From contig JAFWQF010000080.1 in NCBI GenBank assembly GCA_017509205.1, positions 21,136 to 85,135 on the forward strand: a stretch of DNA of 64,000 nt, in the 5' to 3' direction. Positions 18,038-27,822 of the stretch are shown here, piece by piece. Every line of letters starts with the position of its first letter. The first letter of the stretch is position 1. Both the position numbers and the translations under genes were made by a program. The notes under the pieces are model-generated. The model was not told the DNA's origin. It did no database searches and saw only the letters and a list, made by a program, of their open reading frames with translations. The DNA comes from Clostridiales bacterium. GTDB taxonomy: Bacteria; Bacillota; Clostridia; Saccharofermentanales; Saccharofermentanaceae.

Positions 18038-19540
18038 TCAGCTTTTCTTAAACCAGGTGTCCCTGATGTCTTCGTAAGCCTTCTTCGTATCGTCCCTGAA
18101 AGCCGTGTAGTCAGCGTAGTTCATCTTTGTTATCTCGGTGTATCTCGAAGGATTGAATGACCTGTCAACGCTGTCGAAGGTGACGGTGAGCTTATAGTCT
18201 TCCACGGGTGAGGTGAACTTGTCCGAGAGCTTCTTGAACCTGCCGGATGTCTCGAGGTTCTGCAGTGAGAGCTCATATGTGCCGCCCTTTTTCAGGAGTT
18301 TGCCTTCCAGGCTTAAGATCTCCGCATTGGAATCAAGGGTGAGTGTGTATCCGCCGCCCTTTCTGTCCCACTTGAACGAAAGAGCGCATGCAGCCTTTTT
18401 GCCGCCGCTGTTCGTAAGGTCGTAAGATGCCGCAAATGAAGCCTTGTAAGCCGTCCTGTCGTTCTGTCTCACATAGTAGGAAACGTCGATCTTGTCGCCC
18501 TCGGAGGACTTGAAAGCAAAGGAGATCTCTTCGCTGGTCTTAACGTTCTTTCCGAGATCGAGGCTCATCTCGTATGCGACGCGCGCACCCTTGCTGTTTC
18601 TGCCGTCGGTGTCAACGTCGATCCTTGCGATGTGCTTGCCGGAATTGGTGATGTAGATCCAGACGGTCATGTCGCCGTCGTAGTCCTTGACTGAACGCTT
18701 GAAGCTGTCGAGCCTGCCGTAGAAATCGTCGACCATGTCGTCGGCGTCCTTGATGCCGTAGTCGGAATTGGAGAAGCTCTTGAGAAGGAATGCTTCAAGA
18801 TCCCTGTCGTGCTTAGCCGCGGAGACAAACTGTGAGACCGCGTCAGAGAGGGATTTTCTGTCGAAATCGAGCGTGATGACGCTGCAGTTTACCTGCTGGC
18901 CGCCCGTTGCGATCCTATCGGAACCCTTGGTGATGCGGGCATTGTCCAGAAGGGAGGAGACGAGGAGCCTCTCATAGTTTCTGAGAAGCTTTGAATAATC
19001 TCTTGAAAGCTCTTTGTCGCCCGAAACGGTCTTGTTCAGCCTTAAGAGATATTCGTAAAGGTTCTTGTCGACCTTTATCTTTTCCTCTTCGGTATTCTCG
19101 GGATCGAAGATCGATCTCGGAAGGTTGTTCTGAAGTCTCCTGACCGAAATGCCGTAGGCTTTTTTGCCGATCTGGGGCGATTCAAGACTGAAGTCCGTTC
19201 CGTTGAAAGCAGTCTTGAAGGTGGCCTGTGTGTCCCTGCCTTCCTTGATCTTTCCCGAAGCTGCGAACCTCATGTGCGAAAAGTCGGTGTAAACCTTCAG
19301 CTCTGCATTGGCGTCCCTGCCTGAAACAGGAGCGAGGCTGCCGTTTACGGTTACCGAACCGCCGTTTAAGAGGCGCCTTGTGTAATCGACAAGAGTGATC
19401 CCGGATGCATCCCTTACGGTGTTGGCCAGAGCGCTCTCGACCATGCTCCTCGGGTTGCCTGCCGAATTAACGCACAGGATAACTATCAGAAGAAAAACGC
19501 AGACAGCTGCTGCACCTGCAATAATACCCTTCTTTTTCAT
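18038..19540 (-). CDS. Hypothetical membrane-anchored extracellular protein
   Basis: 500-aa ORF; N-terminal KKK plus hydrophobic helix; no motif recognised. Confidence 0.7.
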   Translation of the reverse strand: MKKKGIIAGAAAVCVFLLIVILCVNSAGNPRSMVESALANTVRDASGITLVDYTRRLLNGGSVTVNGSLAPVSGRDANAELKVYTDFSHMRFAASGKIKEGRDTQATFKTAFNGTDFSLESPQIGKKAYGISVRRLQNNLPRSIFDPENTEEEKIKVDKNLYEYLLRLNKTVSGDKELSRDYSKLLRNYERLLVSSLLDNARITKGSDRIATGGQQVNCSVITLDFDRKSLSDAVSQFVSAAKHDRDLEAFLLKSFSNSDYGIKDADDMVDDFYGRLDSFKRSVKDYDGDMTVWIYITNSGKHIARIDVDTDGRNSKGARVAYEMSLDLGKNVKTSEEISFAFKSSEGDKIDVSYYVRQNDRTAYKASFAASYDLTNSGGKKAACALSFKWDRKGGGYTLTLDSNAEILSLEGKLLKKGGTYELSLQNLETSGRFKKLSDKFTSPVEDYKLTVTFDSVDRSFNPSRYTEITKMNYADYTAFRDDTKKAYEDIRDTWFKKS

Positions 19541-19686
19541 CGTATCTTTCCCCCGGAATATGCGTGAAAATCAAGAAAATTATAACAGATTGTGAAACTG
19601 CTTGGGAAAAGCCCCATTATTATATTTTTAATATTAAGGCTGCCGTGCTATAATCCTTTTTGTAAAAAATTCAAAGGGGACCTTTT

Positions 19687-21081
19687 ATGGCACTTTTCGG
19701 AAAGAAAAAGCAGGACGAGAATTCAGAGAACAAGAAGCCCGAATCAGCACCTCAGTCCAAGGAGATGGACATAATCCTCCAGGCACGTCAGGAGGAAGAG
19801 GAAGCGCGTCAGGCCAGGATCGCGGAGCGTGAGGCCGAGCAGGAGAAATACAAGAGCGAGCTTCAGTCCGACATCGAAAAAGCTTCATCAGCTGCGAAGG
19901 AAGTTCTCGGAATGTATCCTGCAAGAACAGGCGAAGAGCGTTTCTTCATGCTCGTTGAGACTCATGTCTATACCGAAATGGAAAACGCCGACGACGAGAT
20001 CGTAAAGGGTATCCTCCGCGGAAAGATCAGAAAGGGCCAGGAGATCCTCGTTCTTTCAGGTCTCGATTCAATGAACATAGTAACGGTCAACGCAATCCGC
20101 AACGACGACCGTGAGGTCATCGAGGAAGCATGCGACGAGATCGTCGAGCTCGAACTTTCGAAGGGTGATTTCAAGGATCCCGATTCCCCGGATGAGCAGA
20201 ACGAAGCAAGGATCATGACATATGCGGTTCTCACGAACCCGCCTGAAGAGGCAGGCCGTTCCGAAGGCATCAGACTTCCCGCAATGCTCTGCGAATTCTC
20301 AAGATTCCCGGGCGATCAGGAATTCTTCGGCCAGCTGATGAATGCCGCAATGACATCCGAGTTTTCAGTTCCCGCAAAGATCGCAGGCGGCAGCTCAAGC
20401 CAGAGAAGAGTGTCTTTTGCCGGCATGCGCGGCGAGAATTCAAACGGCAAGCCGATGCTCCCCGCGTTCACTTCAATCAAGGCATTTGAGAAGCACAAGG
20501 CCATGCTCGCAAAGGCAGGCGGTTTCAACAGTGCCATCCAGCTCGATTTCTCACAGATCTGCGGTATCGCAAGAGACGAGAATCACGGCGGTGCGGTCAT
20601 CGATCCGCTCGGCCCCGTAATCTTCGCGCTCCCCAAGGAAGTGCTCGATACGGCAGTTAAGACTGTTCAGTTCCACGCTCTTTTCGGTGAGAACAAGATC
20701 GCTGAGACGATCGTTCCCGCAGAGGGACCCAGCCAGCCGCAGCAGAGACTCAGGGAATACAACGTAAACAATCCCGTTAAGCTCGGTGATTACACCTACA
20801 TCGAGGAAGCGGTAAAGAGATATGCAGGCAAGAGCGCTGACATCGCAAAGCTCTGCATGGTCGTAATTACGGCAAGGGACGATGAGAACGAGAAGTCTTA
20901 TGTGTGCATTCTCGACTGCCCTCAGGAGAAGTTCAACATGCACTGCAAGGAGATCGAGAGACTTGTAAGGCCTTATCTGAAGACGATCAGCAAGATCCAG
21001 TTCCGCCCTTACGACAAGGCGCAGTTCAGCGACGAGTTCTTCTCCAGATATCCCTGGACATACAACAAACTCGGATTCTGA
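19687..21081 (+). CDS. SseB-family protein with an N-terminal EF-Tu domain-II-like segment
   Basis: KPMLPAFTS and GAVIDPLG are SseB-like; C-terminal region resembles SseB_C; FMLVE...GKIRKGQEILV segment. Confidence 0.55.
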   Translation: MALFGKKKQDENSENKKPESAPQSKEMDIILQARQEEEEARQARIAEREAEQEKYKSELQSDIEKASSAAKEVLGMYPARTGEERFFMLVETHVYTEMENADDEIVKGILRGKIRKGQEILVLSGLDSMNIVTVNAIRNDDREVIEEACDEIVELELSKGDFKDPDSPDEQNEARIMTYAVLTNPPEEAGRSEGIRLPAMLCEFSRFPGDQEFFGQLMNAAMTSEFSVPAKIAGGSSSQRRVSFAGMRGENSNGKPMLPAFTSIKAFEKHKAMLAKAGGFNSAIQLDFSQICGIARDENHGGAVIDPLGPVIFALPKEVLDTAVKTVQFHALFGENKIAETIVPAEGPSQPQQRLREYNVNNPVKLGDYTYIEEAVKRYAGKSADIAKLCMVVITARDDENEKSYVCILDCPQEKFNMHCKEIERLVRPYLKTISKIQFRPYDKAQFSDEFFSRYPWTYNKLGF

Positions 21082-21245
21082 TGCGGGATACCCGTGTGTC
21101 ACTCCGGAGCTGTCCCCGCGGGCAGTACGGTTAACACAGAATCCGTTAAAAATTCACAACTTAAATAAACATTAACTTGTTTCCGCGTGATACAATTTCT
21201 GCGGGATAGATCTATATTGCTTATTTTTCTTTATGAGGGCTGGTA

Positions 21246-24200
21246 ATGCTTCAAATTAAAGATATCCGTAAGGAATACAAGACAGGAAATCTTGTACAGA
21301 AGGCGCTTGACGGCGTTTCGTTAAATCTGCGCGACAATGAATTCGTGGCGATCCTGGGACCTTCGGGCTCTGGCAAGACCACGCTCTTAAACATCATCGG
21401 CGGTCTGGACCGCTACGATTCCGGCGATGTGATAATCAACGGCGTTTCCACGAAGAAATACAGGGACAGGGACTGGGATGCTTACCGCAACCACACGATA
21501 GGCTTTGTTTTCCAGAGCTACAATCTGATCCCTCACCAGACGGTCCTCGCAAATGTCGAGCTCGCGCTCACCATATCCGGCATCAGCGGCAAGCAGAGGC
21601 GCGAAAAGGCTTTGGCAGCGCTCGATAAGGTCGGCCTCAGGGAGCAGGCCCACAAGAAGCCTAACCAGATGTCAGGCGGCCAGATGCAGCGTGTTGCCAT
21701 CGCAAGAGCACTGGTAAATGACCCTGATATCCTTTTGGCTGACGAGCCGACAGGCGCGCTCGATTCAGATACCAGCGTACAGGTCATGGACCTGCTTAAG
21801 GAAGTCGCCAAGGACAGGCTCGTCGTCATGGTCACCCACAACCCCGAGCTCGCAATGGAATACGCGACCAGGATCGTAAAGGTCAAAGACGGAAAGATCA
21901 TAGGTGACACCGATCCTTACAAAGTCGAGGAATCGGTTCTCCAGGCTCCGGTACACAGGCGTCTCGGCAAGGCCTCGATGAACTTTTTCACCGCGCTCGC
22001 ATTAAGCTTCAACAACCTTCTCACCAAGAAAACCAGAACCATTCTGGTTGCTTTTGCAGGCTCGATCGGCATCATCGGCATCGCGCTGATCATGTCGCTT
22101 TCAAACGGCGTCAACAAGTATATCGACGACACGGAGAAGAAGACCCTGTCGCAGTACCCGATCCAGATAGAGAAGTCGGCGATCTCGCTGATGCAGCTCA
22201 TGATGGTCAGCACTGACACCTGGAAACCCGGTGAACCCGGAACGGTCACGGAGGTCCCGAGCGTCAGCCAGATCCTTTCGACGGTCAAGACCAACGACCT
22301 CATTTCGCTCAAGAACCATTTCGATACAAAGGCGCCCGAGATCTACGACCTTACGAACGGCATCGAGTACAAGTATTCTCTGCAGCCGCAGATCTTTGAC
22401 TACGACAGCAAGAGCGGAGACTTCAGGCAGGTCAATCCGAACGAGGACTTCGCATCCATGGGCATGCAGTCTTCGAGCATGTTTACGTCCGCATATTCGA
22501 TGAACGTCTTTTTCGAGCTGCCTGAGAAAGACGATCTCTACATTAACCAGTACGAGGTCAAGTGCGGAAGATGGCCCGAGAATTCAAACGAGGCTGTTCT
22601 CGTACTCAACCAGAGCGGCACCGTCAGCGATTACATCATCTATGTTTTCGGCCTCAGGGACAGAAAAGAACTCGACCGCATGATCACCGACTTTTCGAAC
22701 GGCAAGAAGGTCTCTTCCGATCAGGAACGCTACACCTGGAAGTACGAAGCTTTCATGGGCAAGATCTTCAAGGTCGTTCCGGCTTATCAGTTCTACAAGT
22801 ACGACAGTACCCACGACATCTATTCCGACATGAGAAAGGACAAGGACTTCATGAAGCCCGTCCTTAACGAAGCGCGCGAACTCAAGATCGTAGGCATAAT
22901 CCAGCCCAATGAAGGCGAGGACATCCAGATGCTGAGCTCCGGCATCTATTACGGAAAGAATCTCGTTGAAGAGCTCAGGGCCGTATCAGAGGATGCCGAC
23001 GTCGTAAAGGCGCAGCTTAAGAACCGTGACGTGAATGTCTTGACCGGCATCAGGTTTGACGAGGAGAACAAGGACTTTGACATGGGCGACATGTTCACGG
23101 TCGATGAGGATAAGATGAAGGACGCCTTCAAGTTTGATCAGGACAAGCTCAAGATCGACAAGAAGAAACTGGGTGACCTCGGCAACCTCGATCTTGGCAA
23201 GGAACTTGCAAACGTAATGCCCAAGATGTCTTCAAAGGACATGTCGGGTCTGCTGAAAAACATTAAGCTCGAGGTTAACCAGGACGAGCTCGGCAAACTG
23301 CTGAACGACGTAATGAACGGCTATCTCAAGTATGCCGCAAAGAACCCCAAAACGAATTATGCCAACATGCCTGAAGCATTCAGGAATTACATGAATTCCG
23401 CTGAAGGCAAGGCCTTGATCCGTGAGCAGATAATGAAGATCATCAAGGACAGCATCGGAGACGTATCGCAGAAGGCAGTCAAAAAGGCTGAGACTGCGAT
23501 CATGGACGGCTTTGCCGAGTATGCCGGCAAGCACGGATGGGATCTTTCGACAGGCAACATTACCCAGTACATGGCGCAGTATCTGAGCTCCGACGAGGGA
23601 AGGAAACTCGCGCAGAAGCAGTTCAATTCCGTGACGGACGAGATAATCGGAAACGTAAAGATAACTGACAAGCAGATGTCGGCTTTCGTAAAAGCCCTGA
23701 TGAACGGTTACCAGAAATATGCAGATACGCATGACGCTCCCGATCCGAAGCTGCTCGCGAAGTCATTTGCCGCATACGCACAGAGCAAGGAAGGTTCCAA
23801 GCTCATCACCAACGGTGCGAAAAAGGCCGTGAATACCGATGCGATAATGAAGCAGGTTGCCAAGAACGCCAACTCATATTCCCAGTCGATGGGAAAACAG
23901 ATGGGCAAGGCCATGGAAGGCATCTTCAAGAAGATCGGTGCCCAGATCGGAAAGAATATCACTACCGCAATGAAGAACACGTTCTCCAATCTCGGAGACG
24001 CCTTCCTCTTTGATAAAGACGCGATGGCTGCCGCATTCAAGATGAACATGGACGAGTCCCAGCTCGAGTCGTTCATGGCAGAGATGATGGGCGGCAACAC
24101 GACTTCAGCCGAATCGAATCTTGCGTCTTTCGGTTACCGTGCAGCTGATGATCTCAGTTCGATAACGATCTACCCGAAGGATTTCGAGAGCAAGGACCAG

Positions 24201-24737
24201 ATCGTCAAGATAATCGAGGACTATAACAAGTCCGTAGAGAATCAGAAGAATGAAGACGATGAAGACAAGGCGATCTCCTATACCGATATCGTCGGCGCGC
24301 TCATGAAATCGGTTACCAAGATCGTCAACACGATCTCCTACGTGCTCATTGCATTTGTTGCGATCTCGCTCGTGGTCTCATCCATCATGATCGGCGTTAT
24401 CACATATATCAGCGTTCTCGAGCGCCGTAAGGAGATAGGCATCCTGCGTGCCATGGGTGCATCGAAGATGAATGTTGCACAGGTGTTCAACGCAGAGACG
24501 GTCATCACCGGTTTTCTTGCGGGAATCCTCGGAGTAGGCATTTCGCTGATACTTCTGATACCCGGAAACTATCTGATCCACACGATCGGAGATACTGAAG
24601 CGGTTAATGCCGCGCTGCCGCCTCTTGCTGCCTTTGCGCTGATCTTCCTGAGCATCATCCTGACGCTCATCGGAGGCATCATCCCTTCGAAGACGGCATC
24701 CAAGCAGGATCCTGTTACTGCCCTCAGGAGCGAGTGA
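21246..24737 (+). CDS. ABC transporter, fused ATPase + FtsX/MacB-type permease with large extracytoplasmic domain
   Basis: GPSGSGKTT, MSGGQMQR, LLADEP, VTH; SVLERRKEIGILRAMGAS; 1 + 3 TM topology. Confidence 0.93.
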   Translation: MLQIKDIRKEYKTGNLVQKALDGVSLNLRDNEFVAILGPSGSGKTTLLNIIGGLDRYDSGDVIINGVSTKKYRDRDWDAYRNHTIGFVFQSYNLIPHQTVLANVELALTISGISGKQRREKALAALDKVGLREQAHKKPNQMSGGQMQRVAIARALVNDPDILLADEPTGALDSDTSVQVMDLLKEVAKDRLVVMVTHNPELAMEYATRIVKVKDGKIIGDTDPYKVEESVLQAPVHRRLGKASMNFFTALALSFNNLLTKKTRTILVAFAGSIGIIGIALIMSLSNGVNKYIDDTEKKTLSQYPIQIEKSAISLMQLMMVSTDTWKPGEPGTVTEVPSVSQILSTVKTNDLISLKNHFDTKAPEIYDLTNGIEYKYSLQPQIFDYDSKSGDFRQVNPNEDFASMGMQSSSMFTSAYSMNVFFELPEKDDLYINQYEVKCGRWPENSNEAVLVLNQSGTVSDYIIYVFGLRDRKELDRMITDFSNGKKVSSDQERYTWKYEAFMGKIFKVVPAYQFYKYDSTHDIYSDMRKDKDFMKPVLNEARELKIVGIIQPNEGEDIQMLSSGIYYGKNLVEELRAVSEDADVVKAQLKNRDVNVLTGIRFDEENKDFDMGDMFTVDEDKMKDAFKFDQDKLKIDKKKLGDLGNLDLGKELANVMPKMSSKDMSGLLKNIKLEVNQDELGKLLNDVMNGYLKYAAKNPKTNYANMPEAFRNYMNSAEGKALIREQIMKIIKDSIGDVSQKAVKKAETAIMDGFAEYAGKHGWDLSTGNITQYMAQYLSSDEGRKLAQKQFNSVTDEIIGNVKITDKQMSAFVKALMNGYQKYADTHDAPDPKLLAKSFAAYAQSKEGSKLITNGAKKAVNTDAIMKQVAKNANSYSQSMGKQMGKAMEGIFKKIGAQIGKNITTAMKNTFSNLGDAFLFDKDAMAAAFKMNMDESQLESFMAEMMGGNTTSAESNLASFGYRAADDLSSITIYPKDFESKDQIVKIIEDYNKSVENQKNEDDEDKAISYTDIVGALMKSVTKIVNTISYVLIAFVAISLVVSSIMIGVITYISVLERRKEIGILRAMGASKMNVAQVFNAETVITGFLAGILGVGISLILLIPGNYLIHTIGDTEAVNAALPPLAAFALIFLSIILTLIGGIIPSKTASKQDPVTALRSE

Positions 24738-24787
24738 TATTTGTTATCCTCGCTTAAGTCCTCTATAACAATGTTAAATTGGAAAAA

Positions 24788-26473
24788 TCAGATCCCGTAG
24801 TTCTCTTTTAGCTCGGTCTTGCGCGCATACATGCGGTCATCCGCAAGACGCTCTGCAACTACGAGGCTCGCGCCGCTTCCGCTTTCATAGACTGCCATGC
24901 CGCAGGGGATAAGGAGCGGGATCTCGGGCTTCTCGGTCTTGTTATATTCATCGATGTAGTTTTCGAAAAGCTTTAAGGCCTCATTGTAGTTGGCTTCGAC
25001 ATCCTGGCCTGTCATTATGGCCATGAATTCATCGCCGCCGGTCCTGAAGCACCATGTGCCCGGGAAGTTTCCAAAGGTTGCCTTTATCGCGTCAGATGCC
25101 GCCACGATGCGTCTGTCGCCTTCGAGGTGGCCGTGTCTGTCGTTTACTTTCTTCAGGTCGTTTACGTCGAACTGGACGATTACGCATGTGCCTGATTCAC
25201 CGTTCTGAAGAACTTCCTCGCACTCGTTGAATGCCAGACGGTTGGAAAGACCGGTAAGGCCGTCGACTCTCGCAAGCCTGGCCTGGATGTCGGATTCCAT
25301 GCTCTTGCGGTTTGTTTCGATGAGGGAAGTGGTCTCATAGATCAGAAGGACTATGAAGAAAATGGTAAGTCCGATCCTGGTGGCAGCAGCGGTGTCATCG
25401 ACCCAGCCGGGCACATAATAGCGGATGACATCTATGATTCCGGTTATGAACAGGATGCCGAAACCGAACAGCATGTAGCGGTACCGGTTGTCCCGTTCCT
25501 TGTCGAGTTTCAGCTCACGGATGAACATGAAGACGATGAATCCTATTCCGATGCCGATTATCGTGTGTGCCAGTATCAGCAGATTGTGGAAATCGGTTAT
25601 TCCGAATATGAGGACTATGAGGCAGAGGATGAAGTTGCCCGTAACGAGCCACAGGATTATCTTTACCAGGTGCGAGTTCAGGTTCTCCGTCATGGCGGCG
25701 AAGAAGATCATAGCGGGCGCAGGCAGGAGAACAAGGCAGAAATGTTCCATCAGCCTGATGATGGCAGGGTTGCCCGTTACCAGAAACATTATGTGCGTCC
25801 CCGAATGCGTGTATAGCGCGAGTATTATCGTCATCGTGCCGAGGGCGACCGTCTCTATCATCTTGAGAGGCCGCTTGTTCTGGAACATGCCGAAACCGAC
25901 GAGCAGAACGCCCAGGAACAGTGCAGAGAAGCTTAAGATGAACTTCCAGAAGTTCTTGTACAGGATGCCTTTGAAATACTGGGCACCGCTCTCTGCGTGG
26001 AGGCCGCGGAAGGATGTCCATTCGCCTTTGAGTAGTGATTCATACTCGATCGTAAGTCTCTTGGATCCCTCAAACTCCGGAACGTTGACTACGTGGATGT
26101 ATTCTCCGTAGTACTTGCCGTAGATCCTTAAGAGCTTCGGATGGAAATCGTAGATGAGCATTTCATCAAGATAGATCTTGAATGTGAGATTGTTCGTGGT
26201 GAAGCAGAGGTCAGCTCCGTTGAACGTTGACCAGTCGATATCCCTGTACATTGAAATGGTATTTGCCGGATCGAAAACGGGGCTTTCGGGATCAGCCGCC
26301 TCATCCTGTCTTACGTTGCCGCTCGCGCCGCCGTTGTAGAACCAGTTATCGGTAACCGGGCGGTTTGGGGTGTAAACATTTCCGTCAGGGATGCTGAATA
26401 TAAAGAGCAGCCCCAGCAGGACTGTGGCTATAAGGACTATGGCAAGATTGACATAAGCAAATGATTTATTCAT
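24788..26473 (-). CDS. Multi-TM GGDEF diguanylate cyclase
   Basis: N-terminal TM, extracellular domain, about 6-7 TMs; DGLTGLSNR, DVNDLKKVND, RTGGDEF. Confidence 0.9.
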   Translation of the reverse strand: MNKSFAYVNLAIVLIATVLLGLLFIFSIPDGNVYTPNRPVTDNWFYNGGASGNVRQDEAADPESPVFDPANTISMYRDIDWSTFNGADLCFTTNNLTFKIYLDEMLIYDFHPKLLRIYGKYYGEYIHVVNVPEFEGSKRLTIEYESLLKGEWTSFRGLHAESGAQYFKGILYKNFWKFILSFSALFLGVLLVGFGMFQNKRPLKMIETVALGTMTIILALYTHSGTHIMFLVTGNPAIIRLMEHFCLVLLPAPAMIFFAAMTENLNSHLVKIILWLVTGNFILCLIVLIFGITDFHNLLILAHTIIGIGIGFIVFMFIRELKLDKERDNRYRYMLFGFGILFITGIIDVIRYYVPGWVDDTAAATRIGLTIFFIVLLIYETTSLIETNRKSMESDIQARLARVDGLTGLSNRLAFNECEEVLQNGESGTCVIVQFDVNDLKKVNDRHGHLEGDRRIVAASDAIKATFGNFPGTWCFRTGGDEFMAIMTGQDVEANYNEALKLFENYIDEYNKTEKPEIPLLIPCGMAVYESGSGASLVVAERLADDRMYARKTELKENYGI

Positions 26474-26546
26474 TGGCAGTCCGCCTGATCGAAGTTCCCT
26501 TTAATTACCCATATAAGTATATCACGCGGCGCACTAACATTCATTG

Positions 26547-26593
26547 TTGACAAACGGGAATAAAACTGTAAAATTGAAAACGATTTTCAATTT
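26547..26593 (+). promoter_or_regulatory. Sigma-A promoter overlapped by a Fur/Zur-type operator
   Basis: TTGACA 26547-52, TAAAAT 26569-74; perfect inverted repeat AAATTGAAAA-CGA-TTTTCAATTT at 26571-93. Confidence 0.75.
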
Positions 26594-26609
26594 CAAATGG
26601 GAGACGATC

Positions 26610-27569
26610 ATGTTGAAGAAGATTATTTCAGCTGTTTTGGGTATGGCTCTCGTATTCAGTGCCGCAGGCTGCTCACAGACTTCACGTACCTCTTCAAAGG
26701 ACCTGAAGGTTGTATGCGCGACCGCGCCGCTCTACGACTGGACGAAAAACATAACGGAAGGCACTGACAGCACGGACCTTTCGCTCATCATAGGAAACGG
26801 CACGGATCTTCATTCATTCCAGCCTTCCGCTTCTGACATCATCTCGATCAAGAGCGCTGACGTGCTCATCTATGTCGGCGGCGAGTCAGACGGATGGATC
26901 AGGGACGCTCTCAAGGAAACGGTAAACAAGAACCAGCAGGTAGTCTGCCTTATGGATGTTCTCAAGGACTCGGTCGTAGAAGAGGAAGTCGTTGAAGGCA
27001 TGCAGGGCGAAGACGAAGAAGAGGGCGAGGGAGAAGAGGAAGGTCCGGAGTACGACGAGCACGTCTGGATGTCCTTGAGGCTCACACGCAAATCCTGCAA
27101 GGCGATAGAAGAAGCACTCGAAAAGGTATCTTCAAAAGATGCTGCGAAATACAAGGCAAATCTTGAAAGCTACGATGCAAAACTTTCAGCACTCGACAAA
27201 CAGTACGAAGAGATGGTGAAAGGCGCAAGGCTCAACACCATGATCGTGCCTGACAGATATCCTTTCAGGTATCTCGCTGAAGACTACAAGCTCAAATACA
27301 GCGCAGCATTCGTGGGCTGTTCGGCTGAGACGGAAGCTTCATTCGAGACTGTTAAATTTCTCGCCGACAAGGTTAAAGAGCTTGATCCCAAGGCTGTCCT
27401 CATCATCGAAAACTCTGACGGAAAGCTCGCAAAAACAGTTCTTGAAACTGCCGGAAAGAGCGATGTAAAGATCGAGGTGCTTGATTCTATGCAGTCATGC
27501 GGCAAGGATCTTGATTATCTTAAGACCATGACGGGCAATCTCGAAAAGCTCAAGGCAGCGCTTTCGTAA
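26610..27569 (+). CDS. Metal ABC transporter substrate-binding lipoprotein (ZnuA/AdcA/TroA family)
   Basis: Start moved to ATG 26610; lipobox AAGC; DLHSFQPS and DEHVWMS metal-ligand motifs; acidic loop. Confidence 0.9.
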   Translation: MLKKIISAVLGMALVFSAAGCSQTSRTSSKDLKVVCATAPLYDWTKNITEGTDSTDLSLIIGNGTDLHSFQPSASDIISIKSADVLIYVGGESDGWIRDALKETVNKNQQVVCLMDVLKDSVVEEEVVEGMQGEDEEEGEGEEEGPEYDEHVWMSLRLTRKSCKAIEEALEKVSSKDAAKYKANLESYDAKLSALDKQYEEMVKGARLNTMIVPDRYPFRYLAEDYKLKYSAAFVGCSAETEASFETVKFLADKVKELDPKAVLIIENSDGKLAKTVLETAGKSDVKIEVLDSMQSCGKDLDYLKTMTGNLEKLKAALS

Positions 27570-27612
27570 GGCAGTTGTTAAAACCGCTGTTTTTGGACTT
27601 GAAAACCATTCG

Positions 27613-27796
27613 GTACCTGTTACCTCCTCTCTTTTGATCAAAACAGAGGAGCTAATAGAGAATATGCCTTGGATTTGGCTTACAGTACCTGTTATCTCCT
27701 CTCTTTTTGAAAAAACAGAGGAGCTAATAGAGAATATGCCTTGAATTTGGCTTCCAGTACCTGTTACCTCCTCTCTTTTTGAAAAAACAGAGGAGC
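27613..27796. repeat. Intergenic palindromic repeat, 3 copies, 72-bp period (locus B)
   Basis: GTACCTGTTA starts at 27613, 27685 and 27757; same core as locus A; lies between convergent genes. Confidence 0.9.
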
Positions 27797-27822
27797 TTTT
27801 GGAGACTGGATTATGGCGATGA

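Noticed and set aside
24741-24773. Fourth copy of the 72-bp repeat family
   Set aside because: Only short matches (TGTTATCCTC, TTAAGTCCTC); no AGAGGAG arm or periodicity. More likely a weak terminator between convergent genes.
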